This document shows, one piece after another, positions 14,376 through 27,149 of a DNA stretch of 64,000 nucleotides. The stretch covers positions 88,970,001-89,034,000 of the forward strand of contig OX597825.1 of assembly GCA_951406725.2 (NCBI GenBank), written 5' to 3'. The position numbers were made by a program, and so were the translations under genes. The stretch is from Octopus vulgaris (taxonomy: Eukaryota). Below the pieces are notes generated by a model, which saw only the letters and a program-made list of their open reading frames with translations, made no database searches and had not been told where the DNA came from. How positions within the stretch are numbered: the stretch's first letter is position 1; each line of letters opens with the position of its first letter.

Positions 14376-14999
14376 TTCAATATTGTGTCTAAATATGAAG
14401 GTGTGTATGTGTGTGTGAGCGTCTGTAACCTTGTTTTTTCTATGGATGTGAGTGTTTATGTATTACATGTTTAGATGTTCTGCTGATTGCTCTCCTGCAA
14501 TTTAACCCACAAACATAATAAAATGAATACAGGAAACAAAAGCAGAAATATACCTCCGAATATTTCTAAAGAACTCCTGGTTTCATTTTTTAAATCATAT
14601 TCTGAGCACTAGTTTCGTACTATTACACATATTTAATTATTTTTATTCTTATTAGTGTTGGTGGTGCTGTTTGCTTAGACAAAACTTAACTTCACGTCAG
14701 TGACTATGTTTTTTATTTTTCAGATGTCCTTGTTTACAGAGATACAACCTGCACTATATTCTGGAATGTTTATGGTGTTAGCTTATGGCTGTGCGAATTA
14801 CAGTTGCTGCTTCTCTCAGGTCACGCAACCACGTGTAGGTACCCTCCTCTACATTTATTGAGATGTTACTAATATTCTATAACGGATAATGCTAAATATA
14901 TACAATATCTAAGATCAGCTTGTGGCTACAGGTATACGCAAATCATCAGTTCAGGAGAATCTCCGAATAGAATCGAAAATAAGGTACAAGTTTGTAGCA

Positions 15000-15740
15000 C
15001 AAGGTGATTTATCTAATCAATTTAACGCTTCGTCCCAGTATCTTCTGCCATCTTGTGGGCAGATCCCTTATTTTCTGATCAACGAATTTTCTGTCTTGAA
15101 CGGTGAATTTTTACATCCTCTTCAGAATTAAAGGTCTGTCCGTTGAATGCATTTTAAAAGACTGAAATGTATAAAAATCTGATGGGGCAAGATTAGGCGA
15201 ATATGGAGTGTGTCGCAAAATGTGTTGGCCAATATTCAGAAAGTTCTTCCACCTCTATAAGAAGTGTGCGGTAGGGCACTGACGCGATGAAAGAGAATAA
15301 GTGGCCTTACGAGGTACTGGGCCTTTCTGGTGGATAGCTGCGTTTAATTTGTCCTACTGGTCACAGCAGAACATATGCCAATTGATGGGCCTGCCCATAA
15401 GAAGCTCGTAAAATACAAGACCCTTCTTATTCCACGAAATTGAAAGCATAACATTCTTCGAGTTAAGTGCTTCCTTGTAGGATATCTGTGATTGTTCACC
15501 GCGCTCCCCTCATGGTTGTTTGCGATTCACATTATTATAAACCAACCATTTTTACGCCCTCTCGCCATTTTCTTCAGGAAATTATTGTCTTCTTCCCGTT
15601 TCTGCAACGAATTGCAGACGGAAACCGGTTGGGCCTCATGGAACTGATGTACCGATCCGTTAGATGTGACGATCGGTAAGCCTTATTTGAACTGATGTGG
15701 CAATCATCCTGGTAGATTATTCGTGGTCCACTGATAGAAG
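15000..15740 (-). mobile_element. Decayed mariner transposase fragment
   Basis: Minus-strand HTPYSPNLAPSDFY (15170-15215; YSPDLAPSD motif) and KWLVYNNV (~15525-15550). Confidence 0.75.
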
Positions 15741-15769
15741 AAACAAAGATGAAAAATACTAGATGTGTT

Positions 15770-16116
15770 TCGTTTTGGGATTTTGTTTGAAAGATTCTTT
15801 ATATGAGTTCGTGTGTTGAAGCATATTCTGTTGTGTCTGGGGAGAGTCATTTTGCTTTTGTGCCTTATTATGTAACACACTGACCGGTAAAATTTCCAGG
15901 TTTTTCTTATTTTTATTGTCCTAAAATTTTCGTTGCGTCTTGCAAACTTTTCAATAGTTTTGACTGTTGAAACTATTGTAACTATTGAAAAGGTTGCAAC
16001 ACGCAACGAAAATTTTAGGACAATAAAAATAAGAAAAATGTGGAAATTTTACCGGTGAGTGTGTTACATAATAAGGCACAAAACACAAAATGGCTCTCCC
16101 CAGACACTATAGAATA
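15770..16116. repeat. Foldback element: ~136-bp inverted arms plus one-sided extension
   Basis: 15824-15959 is an imperfect reverse complement of 15980-16116; flanked by the direct repeat AATACTAGATGTGTT at 15755-15769 and 16113-16127. Confidence 0.9.
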
Positions 16117-16559
16117 CTAGATGTGTTGTTTATGTTTTGTGTATGGAAAGAAGAATTTTATCAAGGAAACTGTTTATCATAACAGAGAAACGCGATTAAT
16201 GAGAGAAAAAGATCAAAAGTTAAACAGTGATACGATACAGTGTTTAAAAGTTCATATCTTCTCAAATGTGACCCTTCTTTCGACACTATTTATGTTCTCT
16301 TCCTCGCATTCTTGTTTAATATACATTAAATAGAAAGGAAAATCAACAGCACTTTAGCTAATGCTATTTAGTACATTCATGTAAGATAAGTTTATTTTAT
16401 CATAAATTGATTGAGAGGAATCACTAATGCCAGGCAGAAAATTTCTCCATGTGCGTAGACATATTTGTAATTTACAAGTAGATTGTTCGTAGAAAAAGAA
16501 GCGCAAAAATAATGCGCAGTTATATTTGTTCAGTTACATGCTTGCATACACACACACAC

Positions 16560-16597
<38 letters not shown>

Positions 16598-16616
16598 ACA
16601 CATATATATATGTTTG

Positions 16617-16659
<43 letters not shown>

Positions 16660-17029
16660 TTCTCTGTATGTATACATATCTTCAACAACAAGGGCATACA
16701 TGATGTAAAAAGCATCAAAACATCAATTTGTATTAAGAAAATTCTATTTCATGCAAAAAGAAAAAAACCAAATGATTTTTCGTAAAAGAGCAATTTGTAA
16801 AATGCGATATTCTTTCTACGCTTATATATTTTTTTATGCGATGCTTTTATGTAGAATTATATTTTGTTTTTATCAAGATTAACATTAAATTTACTTTTGT
16901 GTTTTGCATTTTCATAGTCATACTCTTAGTAAAACATCTACTGTACATCCAATCGTACACACACACATGTTATACATCTACAACATATGTGTACACACAG
17001 ACATGAGAGAGTTTTCACTGTATGGTACG

Positions 17030-17081
<52 letters not shown>

Positions 17082-17407
17082 CGGAGATGTACTTGCATGG
17101 CAAGTGATTTGATCTGAGATCGTGTGCTGAAACGAAAGCAATTGCAGCGTGGAAGGTATTTGTAAGCCATTTAAGAAACACACAAAAGCCGTTCGATTCA
17201 CTCAACATTTAATTTAAAATATTCGTCAAGTTTAATTTGTCAACAAAATCCGTGCTGCATCTCACGGATTTTTGTCAGTGAAAAGGTCCGCGAATTTTGC
17301 GTGACGTTATAAAATATATATTACAAATTAATCCGTGCTGCATCTCACGGATTTTTGTCATGAACAGGTCGCATTTTAGCAATTATTTGATAAATTAAAT
17401 TAAATTT

Positions 17408-17457
<50 letters not shown>

Positions 17458-17462
17458 GTGTG

Positions 17463-17506
<44 letters not shown>

Positions 17507-18074
17507 CATGCTATATACACATCTAAAACACAAATGCACGTATATATAAATATGTTGTACTTAACAGTTTGCCTTGAAGCGAATACCTTTATAAGTAATA
17601 GAACCTGCCAGTCCAAATTTTAGTGATAGACCTCGGCTCTTTTCTTCCATATAAGGACTCTTTTCTTCCAGCCAACATATTTATGACACTTATTTATAGC
17701 TTATTTATAGCTGTTTTTTCGGAAAAAAATTCTTTCATATATTGGTTAATTAATAGCGAGCTAATTGTTGCAAATAAGCAAGGGAATATGTTCCTTTTTA
17801 TCTCTTGTATATTGCGGCTAGTAATATACAAGTCCAGATTTGGAAAACGTCAGGTACAAAATAACGAACAGTCGAACAACGGGCTCGATGTAACCGATTT
17901 TCTCTCTCTTGGAAATTGCTGGTCTTGTACCAAAATTTGGAATCAATGTATATTATTAAAGACAAATATATGTATGAATATATATATATATATATATAAT
18001 AACAAAATAATAAAACATATGCATATATACAAGATATACAACACAAGGAATATTCCCCTACGTAAACACACGCT

Positions 18075-18105
<31 letters not shown>

Positions 18106-18199
18106 CACACACATATATATATATAGAAATTGACAGAATGAGATAAACAATCCAAGGCTGTAAATATTTTTCAGAACATTTATAAAGAAAAGGTCTTAC

Positions 18200-18520
18200 A
18201 GCTGTTTCCTGGATATTTTATATATCCCTTCATTATAGACTGTGCGAAAATATGTTTGAGTATCAACTATTGTAGATATGAAATACAGAGGCAAGTAAGT
18301 GAATGAAAATATAAGTGATATACATAAGGATATTGTTTTTGCAGTTTCATTATCCAAGTAGAATGGTGTATATTTAAGTTGTGAAGAAGTTTCCTGCACC
18401 TTGTGTGTGAGTTCCAATGGTAGATATATTTGGTCATTCCATGCATAGAGCCTTGTAAACAGTGTTGTTCGATCGAGAGGTTTTTGGGTCAATTAAAATT
18501 TGGGAATGTGTTTGTAATAT
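18200..18520 (-). mobile_element. Possible Penelope-like element fragment (RT to GIY-YIG linker)
   Basis: PLDRTTL...NDQIYLPLELTHKVQ resembles the PLE pattern LDR......RIPLVLTYHP; very degraded. Confidence 0.3.
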
Positions 18521-18943
18521 TAATGGATGTATGGAGGGAGGAGAGACGTGTTTGATGAGAAAGAGGAGACAGGTCAAATAACAAACAGGAAGAGAGAATA
18601 GGAGGAAGGAGAAAAAAGAAAATGAGAGACAAAACAGAAATGAAGAAAGAGAGAACAAAATGAGAGAGGGTGCGTTAGGTAGTGGTCAGGATAAAATGAT
18701 AGGAGGAAAGGAGAAATGATGGGGAGAGAGAGGAAGAGATGAGAGGGTAAGGAGTAAAATAGTGTGAGGTATGCGAGTAGGGGTGGTGTTAAAGAGTTGC
18801 ACTAAGGGATGGGTATAGAAAAGGTAGAGAGAGGTTAAGAGACGGGGATGTGTAAGTGGGTATTAGTTTCGGTAGTAAAAATTCAGGTGGAATGAAGAAT
18901 ATAGAGAATGAAGAATACAAGTCATCCTGTCTATATATATATA

Positions 18944-19227
18944 CTAGCAGTATCGCCCGGCGTTGCTTGGGTTTGTAAGGGAAATAACTATATAAGCATT
19001 TTTAGAGAGTTACTTCCCTTATATAATAGCAAAAAAATGCATTAAAAATGGAAAAAATGATGGTAATTTTTTAAAAATCGTAGACGCGCGCTAATACCCA
19101 GAAGGGCTCGATATGAATCACGACTATAAGATACTCGCTTTTGGTTAAACTGCACAATGTGGGAGTAGTTAGGAATCTAAATCGTAGGAAATATACACTC
19201 ACACAACTTGACTTTTATATATAAAGA
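18944..19227 (-). mobile_element. Short non-autonomous Helitron
   Basis: Minus strand: 5' TCTTTATATATAAAAG, 3' hairpin (CCAAGCAACGCCGGG) then CTAG|T; termini homologous to the 12108-12876 element. Confidence 0.85.
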
Positions 19228-19377
19228 CATATGCATGCTAATACATGACCCACGTTGGACTCCTCGTTCGTAGCATTATCGAACCTGGAACTTAACTATG
19301 GTCTATCCATAGAACTTACTTAGCGTTACCCGAAACTTTTGGGGGTCTTCTTGACCCCAAAACCTCTCATAGCCTCG

Positions 19378-19460
<83 letters not shown>

Positions 19461-19461
<1 letters not shown>

Positions 19462-19755
19462 GGAGGCGCAATGGCCCAGCGGTTATAGCAGCGGACTCGT
19501 GGTTGCAGAATCGCAGTTTCGATTCCCAAACCGGGCGTTGTGAGTGTTTATTGAGTGAAAACACCTAAAGCTCCACGAGGCTCCGGCAGGGGGTGGCAAT
19601 CCCTGTTGTACTCTTTCGCCACAACTTTCTCTCACTCTTACTTCTGTTGGCCTGCTCGCTTAGCCAGAGGGGTGGCGTCATTTGAAGGCTAAGACAATGC
19701 GAAGCGCATTGTGACCAGCGATGTGTAGCAACACCTGATAGCCTGGTCGGTCACG

Positions 19756-19760
<5 letters not shown>
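19461..19760 (+). mobile_element. Near full-length tRNA-derived SINE
   Basis: A box TGGCCCAGCGG and B box GTTTCGATTCC in a tRNA-like head; lies between (TG)n and (TA)n. Confidence 0.8.
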
Positions 19761-19823
<63 letters not shown>

Positions 19824-20753
19824 ATCACAAATTTAGGTTAGTTAAAATATGTTTGTGACATATTTCGTCTGCTAAAAGGAAATTTCACTGCAGTTACCTT
19901 GGAAAAATGTTTCTGCTACGGTAAAAAATGTAGAAACGCGTGCGTGTATGTGTGTATGTGTGTGTGTGTATGTGTGTGTGCGTGCGTGTGTTTGCGTGTA
20001 TATGTCTGTGTAAATATTACACATACACATACGCGTATATACCCACGTTGCTGCATATTGTTTCTTTTACTTCAACAATGAAGAGGGAAAACCGAGGACC
20101 AACTAAATCAATATTATGCTTGTATAAATAAATATATACTTGGTATGGAAATAGCATTTACAGAACAAAATGAAAGAATTAAATTGATGAAAGCAAATGA
20201 TCAAAAACCAAAATGTTTCAGTGTAATATTATCACCTGTCATGTACGTAGGAAGTTTTCCTTATATTCTCATCCAAATATTTTTTGTAAAAGATTAAACG
20301 AGAGGAACCATATCACTTTAGTCAGACTACATTCCGTATAAAGATATACAGAAGAATCTTTTACTTTTTTATTACAAAACTTGTTAAATGAAATTACAAA
20401 TATCATGGAGACGACTCTCAGTATTGAAATAAAAAAAACACATTTAATCAGTGAATATTCGTAGATCGTTCAGAAAAAAGAAAATCATAAATTCGCTGGT
20501 GGATTTTGTAGTTCTACTTACGATATTTTGGGCATGTATCATCATCACAGAAACTTTTCTTGTAGAAAATGTATCAAACGAGGAATGTGTATAAAGAAAA
20601 TATGTCTACATATGATAAGAAAAAACTTATTACAATATTTGTTAAAATGGCGCTATTAGCAAAATGCATAACGCTTTTTGAGTACATTTTTTATTGTTGG
20701 AGTATACGTTTTGTTGTTTGTATAAGTGATACTAAATGTTATTGCATCTTCGC

Positions 20754-20768
20754 TGTTGTTGCTGTTGC

Positions 20769-20802
<34 letters not shown>

Positions 20803-20808
20803 CTTCTT

Positions 20809-20880
<72 letters not shown>

Positions 20881-20899
20881 GTTATTATTATTATTATTA
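20754..20899. repeat. Compound (GTT)n(CTT)n(ATT)n array, tail of the adjacent LINE
   Basis: Seen directly; abuts the 3' end of the minus-strand R4/Dong-like copy. Confidence 0.95.
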
Positions 20900-21670
20900 T
20901 TTTCCTTCTTTCTTTAAATTTTCTTCCATTTCTCACCGAATGTTTTCGGTACACCTAGGGCAGAAGAGCTCAGTCTATGCATTCCCAGATTACACACGGA
21001 AATTCACAGGTAAAATATGTATTCAAAAAATCATTGAATAAGTTAATTCATGAATGGATGTTGATTTCACACCGATAATGCTCTTCTCAGTACATGAGTC
21101 GTTCCAGTTAACACGATTTTTTGAACTTCCTGTAGGGATGGTAAGCCTGGTATCATTTTCAAATAGGTTTCAGTACCTTTTTTATAATTCCTAGAGATCC
21201 TGCAATCACTGGTACTGTAGTCGCCTTGAGACGCCACATTTTTTCAATTTCTATTGGCAAGTTTTTATATTTACTGATCTTGTCAATTTCTTTCGCTGCT
21301 ATATCGTGATCGCAAGGAATACTCATGTCAATTAATAAACACACCTTTTTTGTCTGACCGTTTAATAATAATATCCGGTTTATTAGCTTTTATAGTTTTG
21401 TTGGTATGTACGGGAAAGTCCCATAGAATCGACACATTTTCTCCCTCAGTCACAGCTTTCACTATTTGTCAGCGGTTTTGATTTTATAATGCTGACATGA
21501 CATATTGTCCAGTGTAGATACTGGCCGACTCTGTCGTGTCTTGCTTTATATTCTACAGGTGATAAGACTACACCTTGAGATTAATTCGATTGAACTTGAC
21601 TTTACCAATTTCCCTTTCTTAAAAGTGACTCTGGCACACTTTTCAAGGCCAAACTCCATCCCGATATCAT
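20900..21670 (-). mobile_element. R4/Dong-like non-LTR retroelement, internally deleted 3' part (family B)
   Basis: RHDRVGQYLHW, ILWDFP, PDII, CLLIDMSIP..KISKYKNL (RLE domain); RT piece DIGMEFGLEKCARV at 21585-21670; ends in a TAA tail. Confidence 0.9.
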
Positions 21671-21679
21671 AATAGTATT

Positions 21680-23465
21680 ATGAAAGACCCGGTAAAATCT
21701 CCCCATTGGATGGCAAATGGTATTACTTACCTCCTCCCCAAAAATAACGTAAAGAAAAACCCAAAACACTACCGGCCTATAACATGTCTGTCTTCTACCT
21801 ATAAGATTTTGACATCTATTCTAGTGGAGAAAATATACGTTTATGGAAGAGAATAACCTCTTTCCCACTAAACAAAAAGGATGCAGACGTGGCTCATACG
21901 GATTCAAAGATCAGCTCCTAATTAATCGCATGATCCTTGAGAACTAACATAACAAGCGCAAAAACCTCAGCTCTTCATGGATTGATTATAAAAAAGCTTT
22001 TCACAGCATAACACATTCGTGGATTCTGAAATCGCTAGACATTTTCAAAATTTCTCCTGTGATTTCAGACTTTTTAAAGTATAATATGTCACTATGGAAC
22101 ACGAAGCTCCAATTATATCATTCTAATGGAGTATTGCGCTAAAACAATATTAGTATAAACTGTGGAATTTTCCAAGGTGACTCACTTTCACCACTGATTT
22201 TCTGCATAGAACTAATACCACTCCCAAGTGAACTGAATAGAACAGGATATGGCTACAAAATTGACAACAGGAAAATAAGCCATCTCTTTTATATGGAAGA
22301 TTTAAAACTATATGTCAAAGATGATGAAGAGCTTGAAGGACTACTACATACTGTGAAAGGATTCAGTGATGATATTGGGATGGAGTTTGGCCTTGAGAAG
22401 TGTGCCAAAGCCACTTTTAAGAAAGTGAAATTGGTGAAGTCAAGTTCAATCAAATTAGATGTCGAAAGAGTAATAAAGGAACTTGAGCAGGAACACACCT
22501 ATAACTACCTAGGAATAAATGAAGGCTCTGGTATCCAGCATTCAAGCACGAAAGAGAAGGTTAGGAAGAAATGTTATAGAAGAGTTCGATCCGTCCTGAA
22601 GTCTGAGCTGAATGCATATAATAAGGTGTTAGTCTTAAATTCCTTAGCAGTCCCAGTTGTTCTTTATAGCTTCAATGTGCTTCACTGGAATACCAGTGAA
22701 ATAATGAAAATTGACAGACAAATCTGCAGGGTATTGACTTGTAATAAGATGCATCATCCAAAGGCAGACGTGGATCGTCTTTATCTTCCCAGAGCTCAGG
22801 TAGGTCGAGTCTTGATCCAGCTTGAAGTTACGTACAAAACCACCTCAATCGGACTGGCCAAATACCTTGAAAGAACCAACGATTGGATGCTAAACCTTGT
22901 TGAAAAACATGAAAGACCGAAAACACTTCACTCTATTCCGAAAGAGAGCAAATAATTCGCTACTGATCTCTTAGATACTTACCAGATTGATCAGGCCGAA
23001 GGAAATGCGCTAACTGCTGCCGAAAAGAAAATAAAATTAAATGCAAAGACAAAAGCACATGAAAAATTAGCTAGAAGATGAGAACAGAAACCTCTGCATG
23101 GCAAGTATGTGGCCCGGAGTAAACAAGCTGCTGTCGACCAGAAACACATGCACCAATGGCTACAAAGTTCAGAGCTAAAAGCAGGGAGAAAAGTTTTCAT
23201 ATTAGCTGCTCAAGGCTATGTGATAAAAAAATGGAGCTAATCTCAGGGTATAGAATCTTTGCACCTTAGCACCTGTAGAATATAAATCAAGACATAACAG
23301 ATTCGGCCAGTATTTACACTGAACAATATATCGGCATTATAAAATCAAAACCGATGACAAGTGGTATAAACACCAGCTTGAAGCTGTGACTGAGGGAGTT
23401 TCTCTGACCTAGGTGTACGTAAAACATTCGGCGAGAAACGGAAGAAAATTTGAAGAAAGAAGGAA

Positions 23466-23513
<48 letters not shown>
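21680..23513 (+). pseudogene. Decayed R4/Dong-like retroelement (family B): RT plus truncated RLE, (TAA)n tail
   Basis: YRPITCL, GIFQGDSLSPL, FYMEDLKL, MHHPKADVDRLYLPR with stops; deletion after AVTEG; 3' end 23400-23465 matches 20900-20965 reversed; tail 23466-23513. Confidence 0.92.
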
Positions 23514-23515
<2 letters not shown>

Positions 23516-25607
23516 AAAAAACCCAAAGAATTACCGGCCAATAACATGTCTCAACACCACCTACAAAATCCTCACATCCATAATAACGGAGAGAATGTAC
23601 GCTTTCCTTGAACAAAATTCTATCCTTCCACAAGCTCAAAAAGGTTGTAAAAGAAACTCTTATGGGTGCAAAGACCAATTGCTCATAAACAGAATGATTG
23701 TAGAGAATTGCCGGAGCAAAAACAAAAACCTGAGTATGGCATTGATAGACTACAGGAAAGCGTATGACAGTGTCCCACATAAATGGATACTCAAGGCCCT
23801 TGAGATATACAAGATCTCCCCTGTCGTCTCAAAATTCTTAGAGAATAGCATGACCATGTGGAACACACGTCTCTTTCTAAGCCATAGTAATGGGATGAGC
23901 CAGTCCAACAGCATCAACATCAAACGAGGCATCTTTCAAGGTGACTCCCTCTCTCCATTACTTTTTTGCATGGCACTGATCCCACTCTCAAACGAATTGG
24001 ATAGTGCCAGATATGGGTACAAAGTTTTTAGCAAGTTAATAAACCACCTTTTTTATATGGACGATCTAAAGCTGTTTGCCAAGAATGACCAAGAGCTAGA
24101 AGGGCTGCTAACAACTGTTAAAGAGTTTAGCAATGATATCGGAATGGATTTTGGCCTTGATAAGTGTGCTAAAGCAACTTTTGTAACAGGCAAGCTCAGG
24201 CAAACAGCTTCTGTTAAATTAGATATTGACACTACCATCAAGGAACTTGACCCACAAGAAAGCTACAAATACCTAGGAATCAACGAAGGAGATGGTATAC
24301 ATCATGCTACTATGAAGGAAAAAATAAGAAAGGAGTACTATAGGAGAATAAGGCTTGTACTGAAGACTGAACTCAACTCCAAAAATTGCATTGAGGCCAT
24401 TAACACCCTGGCACTTCCAGTAGACCAGTACAGTTTTAACATCATTAACTGGAACCTTACGGAACTCCAACGCTTGGACAGGAAGACAAGAAAGTTACTG
24501 ACATCCAGGAGCATGCACCACCCTAAGGCAGATGTAGACCGCTTGTACCTACCTAGAAGCAGCGGGGGGAGAGGAATGATGCAATTGGAGCTGTGCTATA
24601 AGACCTCTACTGTAGGAATGAACAGGTACCTATCTAGTACAAAAGACTGGATGCTGCGACTTGTGTGTGAACACGAAAGCAGCAAAAAGCTGCATTCTAT
24701 TGTCAAGGAAGCTTATAAGTTCGAAAGGGAACTAGGCATTAACCTTGAATCAGGTGAAGAGCCAGAAACCACTGCTACCAAGCAAGCAAAGCGAATCAGG
24801 CAGACTGCAAAAAAGAATGGGCAGAATCAAATTGAGAGGCGGTGGAGCCAGAAGCCCCTGCATGGACAATACATTCTCCGAAGCCAAAATGCTGATGTAG
24901 ACCAAGCAACAACCCATCAGTGGCTGAAGAGTTCTGGATTGAAAGCAGAGACTGAAGGCTTCATAATGGCAGCACAAGATCAAAGCTTGTTTACCAGAAA
25001 TTACCAGGCTAACGTTCTCCGAAACGGTACTGACCCTAAATGCAGATTCTGTGACACATTTGACGAAACAATAGACCATCTCGTTTCGGGATGTCCTGTG
25101 CTGACACCAAACGAATACAAAAATCGCCACGATAGGGTAGGACAGTATATACATTGGAAGATATGTAAACACTACAAATCCGACACTCCTGCTAACTGGT
25201 ATGAACACCATCCTCAGCCAGTTGTTGAAGGTAAAGATGTCACCATCCTCTGGGATTTTCCAGTCAACACTGACAGAACGATCAAGGCTAATCGACCAGA
25301 CATAATTGTTAAAGACAGGGAAGAAAATACCTGCAGACTAATAGAAGTAAGCGTCCCCACTGATAAAAATGTATCTGTCAAGGAATTTGACAAACTTAGT
25401 AAATATAAGGACCTGGAAATCGAAATACAGAGGATGTGGAATCTTAAAACAAAAACTGTTCCTGTTATTGTAGGTGCCCTAGGTATGATAAAAAAGGGAT
25501 GTCAGAAACACCTAGACAATATCCCTGGAAAACCATGTCTCAAGGAAATCCAAAAGATTGTGCTAACAAGTACTGCCCACATCCTTAGAAAAACCCTATC
25601 AATGTAA
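23514..25607 (+). CDS. R4/Dong-clade retroelement ORF (RT + CCHC + restriction-like endonuclease), 5'-truncated, uninterrupted
   Basis: The frame is open from 23514 (TKNPKNYRPITCL) through the 670-aa ORF: DYRKAYDSVPH, QGDSLSP, YMDD, CRFC..DETIDHLVSGC, RHD, RPDII..IEVSVP..K..KY. Confidence 0.95.
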
Positions 25608-25761
25608 ATGTTTGTGTTTGTATTACATGGAGATATTTCTCTACTTCCCCTCCCCAAGCTTTCAGCTATATTTCAACAACTCTTAACCTTCACTTGCCCT
25701 AGGGCGCTGGGTGTGCCCCGGCAGGTGATTGCATCAAACATGCAGATTAAAAGTAAATGAC

Positions 25762-25805
<44 letters not shown>
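23514..25805 (+). mobile_element. Young 5'-truncated Dong-like element inserted in (TAA)n
   Basis: Bounded by (TAA)n at 23466-23513 and 25762-25805; ~150-bp 3'UTR. Confidence 0.92.
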
Positions 25806-25806
<1 letters not shown>

Positions 25807-27149
25807 CGATTTAAAAATAACTGATCATCCAAATGGGATCTGTTCGATGAACCGATTTCATTCACAAACTGATACAAATACGCATTTCTCTCTATATACA
25901 CATACATACAATACATAGAATATACACACAAAAAGCAACCAAATTAGTTGAACGATGTTCAAGGGCAGTGCTTAATCAATTAAGCGAAAACGGTTGTTGC
26001 AAATAATGAATTCGAGTAGATTCCATTGAACAAATTTATTTTACTCAACAATGACCTGACTCCTTCACAGCTATGAAACAAAATGAAAATGAAAATTAAA
26101 AATCCTGAATTTTAGGAAAAAAGTAATGTAAAATATATCATACTATAGCATTTTCAAATATAATTAATGGTTTCTTATCCATTTATGCAATTAGATCGAT
26201 TGGAAGTAATACGACTTCAAAAGCCATACAGACTCCATAACCGACACGGAACTGTCTATCTTGCATATCAATGGCACATTTAACATAATTACATCGTATA
26301 GATACATCCTTGTTAAGACATTCAACATCAATAAGTTGTCGATGAAAACTATCTGACTTCCATCTTATATCAATATAGAGCTGCTTCTGAAACCAGTTAA
26401 GTCCGGTTATCAACTATCACATTTTGTCCGATAAATCGATAACAGAAATAAAAAAGTGGTAAATATATTCGGCACTTCAATAAATTACATAGACATTATC
26501 TTTATCAATAATCTCTCAAAGATTTCATTCCAATATGGATCATACTGGCTTTGAATTTCTAGGATACATTCATACATATATATATATATATATATAAACA
26601 CGTAAACACACACATATACGAGCGGACAAATGCAAGAAAAGGGCACTCAATACATTTGGTAGGAGTTAGATCTATAACCGAAAACAGTTTGATACGGTTC
26701 CATGCGACTTCAACTCCCTTAGGTCTCTAACAGGAGCCCGCCTCTTTCAGGCTTTGGATTGCCGCATGGAGAGATAGAAATAGGTCAAGATAACTACCGG
26801 AAGATAAGCTGCTATTGGTAAAGGCGGGTCACATGGCATTGAAAAAGAATATCACTTGCTCAGCGACAACAGTTCCTTCAGAAACAGGTATTTCTGTGAC
26901 CACGTGGCTTGACAGAACGCTGGTCGCGGCTTGGTATCTGGATATAAAGTGATGTCGGTGGGGGTGTGAGCGAGTGTATGTATGTATATTGTGCATGTAT
27001 GCACACATACACACATATGTGTGTGTGTGTTTGTGTGTTTGTGTGTGAGCATATACGAGATGTATGAATGCGTGATCGTAGATTTTACCCGTTTAAATAG
27101 AAACCCCTCTTCTTGAAACCTCCTGACTTTGCTTAGCAATTCCTTAATA

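Noticed and set aside
14700-14845. Possible host exon after TTTTATTTTTCAG
   Set aside because: Weak donor sites and no recognisable peptide; needs RNA-seq.
17560-17940. PLE GIY-YIG tail / 167-aa ORF
   Set aside because: Only vague similarity, and the ORF runs into microsatellites.
19461-19535. tRNA gene
   Set aside because: A and B boxes are present but there is no clean cloverleaf or terminator, and it continues into a SINE body.
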